Virus record (IMG/VR): IMGVR_UViG_3300028802_000007
Coordinates: 32,001-96,000 of that record
Length of the DNA: 64,000 nt
Source of the DNA: a virus
Reading direction: 5' to 3' (one strand)
Shown here: piece after piece, positions 59,589 to 64,000 of the stretch
How positions within the stretch are numbered: the stretch's first letter is position 1
How the letters are laid out: each line of letters starts with the position of its first letter
The notes under the pieces: generated by a model
The model's database searches: none
Seen by the model: the letters and a program-made list of their open reading frames with translations, nothing else
What the model was told of the DNA's origin: nothing
Made by a program: the position numbers and the translations under genes

Positions 59589-60155
59589 ATGGCCGAAGCC
59601 ACCATCACCTACAAGGTGCCTCACTTCAAGGGCACAGCGGCACTCGACCGCTACGGCGACTACGACGGCAACGTCCTGCTCCAGGCACTGGTCAGCGGCG
59701 ACGGACCGGCGGTGGATCAGTTCCTCGCGGAACTCGCCATCAAGCAGAACGAGGAGTTCGACCGGACCGACGCCCGGTACGCCTATCAGGCCAAGGTCAT
59801 CGAGGCCATCGACCCAATCATCGCAGCGACCAGCCTCACGGGCTTCAAGGCCTACGCCAACACCGACCCCAAGACGCGCTACCGCCGACCGAAGATCACC
59901 AAGGAGGGCGAGGGCTGCCAAGCTGGCTACTGCGACCTCGCGGCCAAGTACCGGCTGCCCGATCCGCAGGAAGGCAACGACTGGGAGGCCTACACCCTCG
60001 CGTGCCAGAAGCACGCCATCAAGAGCATCAACAGCCGCGCTGACTTTGTGGCGAAGGGTGGGGTAGCGCCTCTCCGTCACGTCTACCTGACCAGCGACCA
60101 GCATCGCACCATCACTGATGCGATCCGCGAGGGCCTCAAGACCGTCAAGGCCTGA
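59589..60155 (+). CDS. Hypothetical protein with Cys/His cluster
   Basis: GGAGGTCAGCCATG start; stop lies inside element 8. Confidence 0.7.
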   Translation: MAEATITYKVPHFKGTAALDRYGDYDGNVLLQALVSGDGPAVDQFLAELAIKQNEEFDRTDARYAYQAKVIEAIDPIIAATSLTGFKAYANTDPKTRYRRPKITKEGEGCQAGYCDLAAKYRLPDPQEGNDWEAYTLACQKHAIKSINSRADFVAKGGVAPLRHVYLTSDQHRTITDAIREGLKTVKA

Positions 60156-60208
60156 CCCTCACGCCAGCCCCCGGGCCGGGGGCTGGAGCGAGCGCCAGAC
60201 TGGCACTC
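60152..60208 (+). repeat. Structured intergenic element, copy 8
   Basis: Central stem CCAGCCCCCG/CGGGGGCTGG. Confidence 0.95.
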
Positions 60209-60223
60209 AACAAGGAGGTCGCC

Positions 60224-60583
60224 ATGGGCATCACCTACGAAGAGGTGGACAAGTACTGGGACTCGACCATCGCCCGCCTCAAGGCGGAGTTCCCGGCGGA
60301 GTGGAGCATCACCGGCTACAAGGGCCATGGCACCCGCGACGGCGTGGCCTGGGTCGCCAAGCTGCGCCGCAACGGCAAGGTCGTCGGCTCTCTCGAAGAC
60401 TCCGGTGTCGGTGGGTCGGTCTTCATCGACTTCTGGACGAAGGTCGGCAACTCCATCGACTACGGCCACAACAGCGAGGACGCCAAGGCGTGGGCCGCTG
60501 CGATCGCAGCCGCGCTGCCCGACGAGAAGATCGAGCCTGACCAGATGGTCATCGAGGCCCTCCTCCAGCGAGCCGGCAAGTGA
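60224..60583 (+). CDS. Hypothetical protein
   Basis: AAGGAGG RBS. Confidence 0.7.
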   Translation: MGITYEEVDKYWDSTIARLKAEFPAEWSITGYKGHGTRDGVAWVAKLRRNGKVVGSLEDSGVGGSVFIDFWTKVGNSIDYGHNSEDAKAWAAAIAAALPDEKIEPDQMVIEALLQRAGK

Positions 60584-61272
60584 AGGTTCTCGACCTCTAC
60601 TCCGGTCTGGGCGGCTGGTCACAGCCAGCCCTCGACGCCGGTCACGAGGTGGTCAGGGTCGAGTGGGACAAGCGCCTCGCGGCTGAGGTGCCCAACACCA
60701 TTCAGGCCGACATCACCGAACTGACGGCGACCGATCTCCTCAACATGTGCGACGGCAAGCCCGACCTGATCCTCGCCTCGCCTCCCTGCGAGTCGTGGTC
60801 GGTCATGGTCCTGTCACGCAACTGGTTCCCCGACTACACACCCAAGAGCCAGCGTGCGGTCGAGGCCATCCTCATGGTCAGCCACACACTGGAGTTGATC
60901 CACCAGCTCGACCCTGCCTTCTGGGTCATGGAGAACCCACGCGGCATGATGCGGAAGCATCCGGTGGTCGCCGGGCTGGAGCGTCGGACCATCACCTACT
61001 GCCACTACGGCGAGCAGCGCATGAAGCCGACCGATCTGTGGTCGGACCGCTGGCCCGCCAGCCTCACCCTCGCACCGGCGTGCAAGAACGGCGACCCCTG
61101 TCACGTCCGCGCACCTCGCGGCTCGATGACCGGGACCCAGGGCATGAAGGGCGACCGCAACGGCTACTGGACGAAGTCCCTCATCCCGTACCCGCTGGCA
61201 CGCGACGTCACCGACGCCGTCTGCCGCGACCTAGAGGCGGGCCACGTCGGCTCCAACCTCACGCTCTGGTAA
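60580..61272 (+). CDS. Short C5-cytosine DNA methyltransferase
   Basis: LDLYSGLGG (I), ASPPC (IV), MENP (VI). Confidence 0.85.
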   Translation: MKVLDLYSGLGGWSQPALDAGHEVVRVEWDKRLAAEVPNTIQADITELTATDLLNMCDGKPDLILASPPCESWSVMVLSRNWFPDYTPKSQRAVEAILMVSHTLELIHQLDPAFWVMENPRGMMRKHPVVAGLERRTITYCHYGEQRMKPTDLWSDRWPASLTLAPACKNGDPCHVRAPRGSMTGTQGMKGDRNGYWTKSLIPYPLARDVTDAVCRDLEAGHVGSNLTLW

Positions 61273-61283
61273 GGAGGTCAACC

Positions 61284-62307
61284 ATGGCTATCACGATGCG
61301 CTCGTCTGATCGCGCTGAGGTCATCCGCGAGATGGCCCGGGAGCTCCTCGCGAAGGCGGACTTACTGGACGGCACCTCGCCGTGCGTCTGCGGACACCTC
61401 CGCCAGAACCACGATCCGGCGGGCTGGAACGAGGGCTGGTGCAGCGGTGCCCAGACCACGCGGCGACCCAAGAACCAGATCATCGCCGCCGACGGCGACT
61501 GCAAGTGCGAGGAGTTCGAGGCATGGTGAGAGAGCGAACACTGGCTGAGTACCGCGAAGCGATGGCCGCAGACAGCAACGCCTCGTTCTACGAGGAGCGC
61601 CGCCTCAACTTCCTGATCCTCGCCCTGCCTGACGGCCACCTTGGCACGGGGGAGATTGTCAGCGTCTCCTTCCGCGAGGGCATCGACTTCATCGATGAGG
61701 ACTGGCCTGAGTTCGGCAACTTCCTCATCTTGGAGACGGCATGAAGACCAACGGACCGAAACTCGTCGGTGACTGGCGTCGCCGTCGCGGCTCCAAGACC
61801 GACGCCCACCTGTTCGACGGATCGGGGCACCACCCGTTCGACCAGCGACCGATGTGCGGCAAGGCCATCCGCCACATGAGCACCGAACCGGCGACGCTCT
61901 GGACGGGCACGCCCATCAGCCGGTCAGGCTCGTTCTGGGCGCTGCCCTGCACGGAGTGCCTCGTTCAGGCCATCACCCGCCAGCGCAAGGAGGTCAACCA
62001 TGCCTGAGACACGACGCATCAAGGCCACCTACTACCCGGTGCGCCAAGCACACCCACGCCGGACCGACTGGGCCAGGGTCGCCCTGTTCATCGCTGGCGG
62101 CATCGTCGCCGCGATCGCGGTCTGGGCCTTCGTCGCCCTGTTCCTCGTGACGTTCTGATGTGCGGCAGGGAGGACGACCCGTCCATGACTGACGTCTGCA
62201 CCCGCTGCGGGCATCCCGCCACCGACCATGGCGGCGGCCCCGGCGAGGGCGAGTATCCCGATCTGCCGTGCGACTGCGGCTGCGACCGCTGGACGGAGGA
62301 GGGCTGA
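61284..62307 (+). other. Small hypothetical genes (61284-61529, 61523-61744, 61741-62007, 62000-62158 TM, 62185-62307)
   Basis: RBSs and overlaps; CxCxH motifs. Confidence 0.55.
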
Positions 62308-62711
62308 TGCCAGCCATCGACATCCCGGCGGAGATGCCCCAGCTCAAGGGCCTGTTCGTGGGCGGCTGCGTCGCTCGAGGAGACGGCTCCTCGTTCCGGG
62401 CTCGAGCTCACGCCCACACCTTGCCCAGCGACTACAAGGGCTGGGTCTGCGTCAGGGCAGCACATCGCGTGCTCACGCCCTCAGGCCGGCCCTCCCGTCT
62501 GATGTGGCACGAGTACGCCCACATCACCACCGGTCACGGACATGACGCCGTCTGGCGCGAGCGGATCACGGAGTACGGCTTCCCGGCGGAGGCCCACCGG
62601 TACATCAGGAAGAAGAGGCCGCCGCTCGTCTGGTATTGGTATGACCCCGCCACTGGCGAGCGCCAGACGGGTGCCCACCGCGAGATGGTCGCAGCACTGA
62701 GAGGAAGGTAG
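62307..62711 (+). CDS. SprT-like HExxH zinc metallopeptidase
   Basis: WHEYAHITTGHGHDAVW. Confidence 0.65.
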   Translation: MPAIDIPAEMPQLKGLFVGGCVARGDGSSFRARAHAHTLPSDYKGWVCVRAAHRVLTPSGRPSRLMWHEYAHITTGHGHDAVWRERITEYGFPAEAHRYIRKKRPPLVWYWYDPATGERQTGAHREMVAALRGR

Positions 62712-62713
62712 AC

Positions 62714-62899
62714 ATGGACATCACCGCGCTCATCATCGAGCTGGTCCAGGTTCGCGAGGTCTTCGGTGACCTCGAGGTCATGGTGGCACTGGAGCAGACA
62801 GGCGACGAACCTGTGACCGATGTCATCGTGCTGCCCGCCGACAAGCAGTTCCGCCGCGTCGTCAAGATCGCGGCGCTGGGAAAGCGTGACAACGCCTAG
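62714..62899 (+). CDS. Hypothetical protein
   Basis: GAGGAAGG RBS. Confidence 0.55.
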   Translation: MDITALIIELVQVREVFGDLEVMVALEQTGDEPVTDVIVLPADKQFRRVVKIAALGKRDNA

Positions 62900-62915
62900 G
62901 CCACGGGCCTATACT
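62886..62915 (+). promoter_or_regulatory. Possible promoter
   Basis: GTGACA-18 nt-TATACT upstream of AAGGAGG. Confidence 0.45.
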
Positions 62916-62937
62916 CACCAAAGGAGGTCAACACAGA

Positions 62938-63754
62938 GTGGACGAGAAGCCGGATCAACCACCCCCGAAGCGGTTCTGGAGGGTCACCTTCTGGACTGCC
63001 GACGGGTCTGAGCACCGCCGCTACATCCGCTGCCCGTACGCATCGCCTGACTCGCTCGTCGGCGTGTCGGCCAGGCTGGGCGAACTGATGTGGGACGGCA
63101 TCATCACCAGCTACCGCCTCAGCCCTGTCCCATCGGCCCGTGTCGCGGTCGTCCGTGACCGGTCCGTCCGCTGGAGCGAGGTCGAAGCGACCCTCGCCGC
63201 CTAGGAGACACCATGCTTATCGCACTGTTCATCACCGGCATCCTGATGTACATCATCGGCTCACGTCTCGACAAGGGCGAACGCCGCAAGCGCGAACGTG
63301 AGATCGACCTCAAGTACGGCCACACCGCCGACGGTCGCCCCCTCGAGCGACGCCGATGAAACGATCCTACTCAACCATGGCCCGTGAACTGGGCATCAAG
63401 CTGTGCGGCGGTGTCCGGCCTACCGGACACTACTGCGAGCTCGACCACCAGCGATGGGGCGCGTCTGAGCCGGGCCTCGTCCACATGGCCGACGTGCGCG
63501 TCACCAAGGCCGGCCTCGCCCGGTTCTTGGGTCACGCCGCGATCGCGCTCGACCCGAGCATCAACGACGAGGTCCCGTGGCGACGCGTCTACCGTCGGCA
63601 GATCGCCTCTCGCGATCTGGCCCGTCGGCTGCATGTCCGCATGCCCGGTCGCGAGTTCTACGACTTCGACCGGTCGTTCGTCCTCGCCAGTGTGGCGTCC
63701 ATCCCGAACGGCGAGCCTCTTCGGAAGCAAGCCTTCGACTGGGCCCGGCGGTGA
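62938..63754 (+). other. Hypothetical genes (62938-63204, 63213-63359 TM, 63356-63754)
   Basis: RBSs; ATGA overlap. Confidence 0.55.
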
Positions 63755-64000
63755 GTGATGCGATCCGCCGACGTGTTCCTCATCGCCGGGGCGCGGCTGC
63801 GGCTACCGATGGTGCCTCATGTCCGCCACGGGGCTGGCCTGATCAACTATCGGGAAGGCGCACGCATCGTCCTGAACTCGTACGTCGAGCCGGGGCCGTG
63901 GTGGGAAGTTGAGTGCGTCACCCCGGACCGTCCGCTGGAGGGCCAACGCATCGAGCATGACTGGCCCGGGTTCATCTACGGCCCGGCAACGGGCCTCAAG

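Noticed and set aside
54895-60208. Repeats as a CRISPR array
   Set aside because: The intervals are 0.4-1.2 kb of genes, the repeat interiors vary, and there are no cas genes.
54895-60208. Repeats as plain intrinsic terminators, hammerhead ribozymes or canonical attC sites
   Set aside because: There are no U tracts, no CUGANGA/GAAA core, no RYYYAAC/GTTRRRY boxes and no intI in the window.
1-64000. tRNA, rRNA, Y RNA, integrase or transposase
   Set aside because: None was recognisable by eye; a covariance-model or HMM search is needed to exclude them.

Overview
A high-GC tailed phage (siphovirus-type) genome segment. The host cannot be determined from the sequence, but is plausibly Actinomycetota or Chloroflexota. 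Left end (+): a 5'-truncated Ro60/TROVE gene, small ORFs and a secreted RlpA/DPBB-like protein. 2.9-47.7 kb (-): a virion morphogenesis operon running QueD-like, TerS, TerL, portal, an inserted sugar-epimerase/glycosyltransferase cluster with a 2455-aa LamG/repeat fibre, prohead protease, major capsid, connectors, tail tube, frameshifted tail chaperone, a tape measure carrying cargo domains, two paralogous tail-hub proteins and holin-like genes. 47.9-53.6 kb (-) and 54.2-64 kb (+): divergent arrays of small early genes from a two-promoter control region. Two observations stand out. (1) Eight copies of a structured ~57-bp intergenic element (CTGACCCTCAC-variable palindrome-GCGAGYGCCA..GGCACTC) begin at stop codons and divide the rightward early genes into cassette-like units. 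(2) A candidate ~110-nt terminator-bounded sRNA at 47.73-47.84 kb has a hairpin loop (UGGUUGACCUCC) that is the exact complement of the GGAGGUCAACC(A) ribosome-binding motif shared by nine early genes. All calls come from motif reading by eye; no searches were run.
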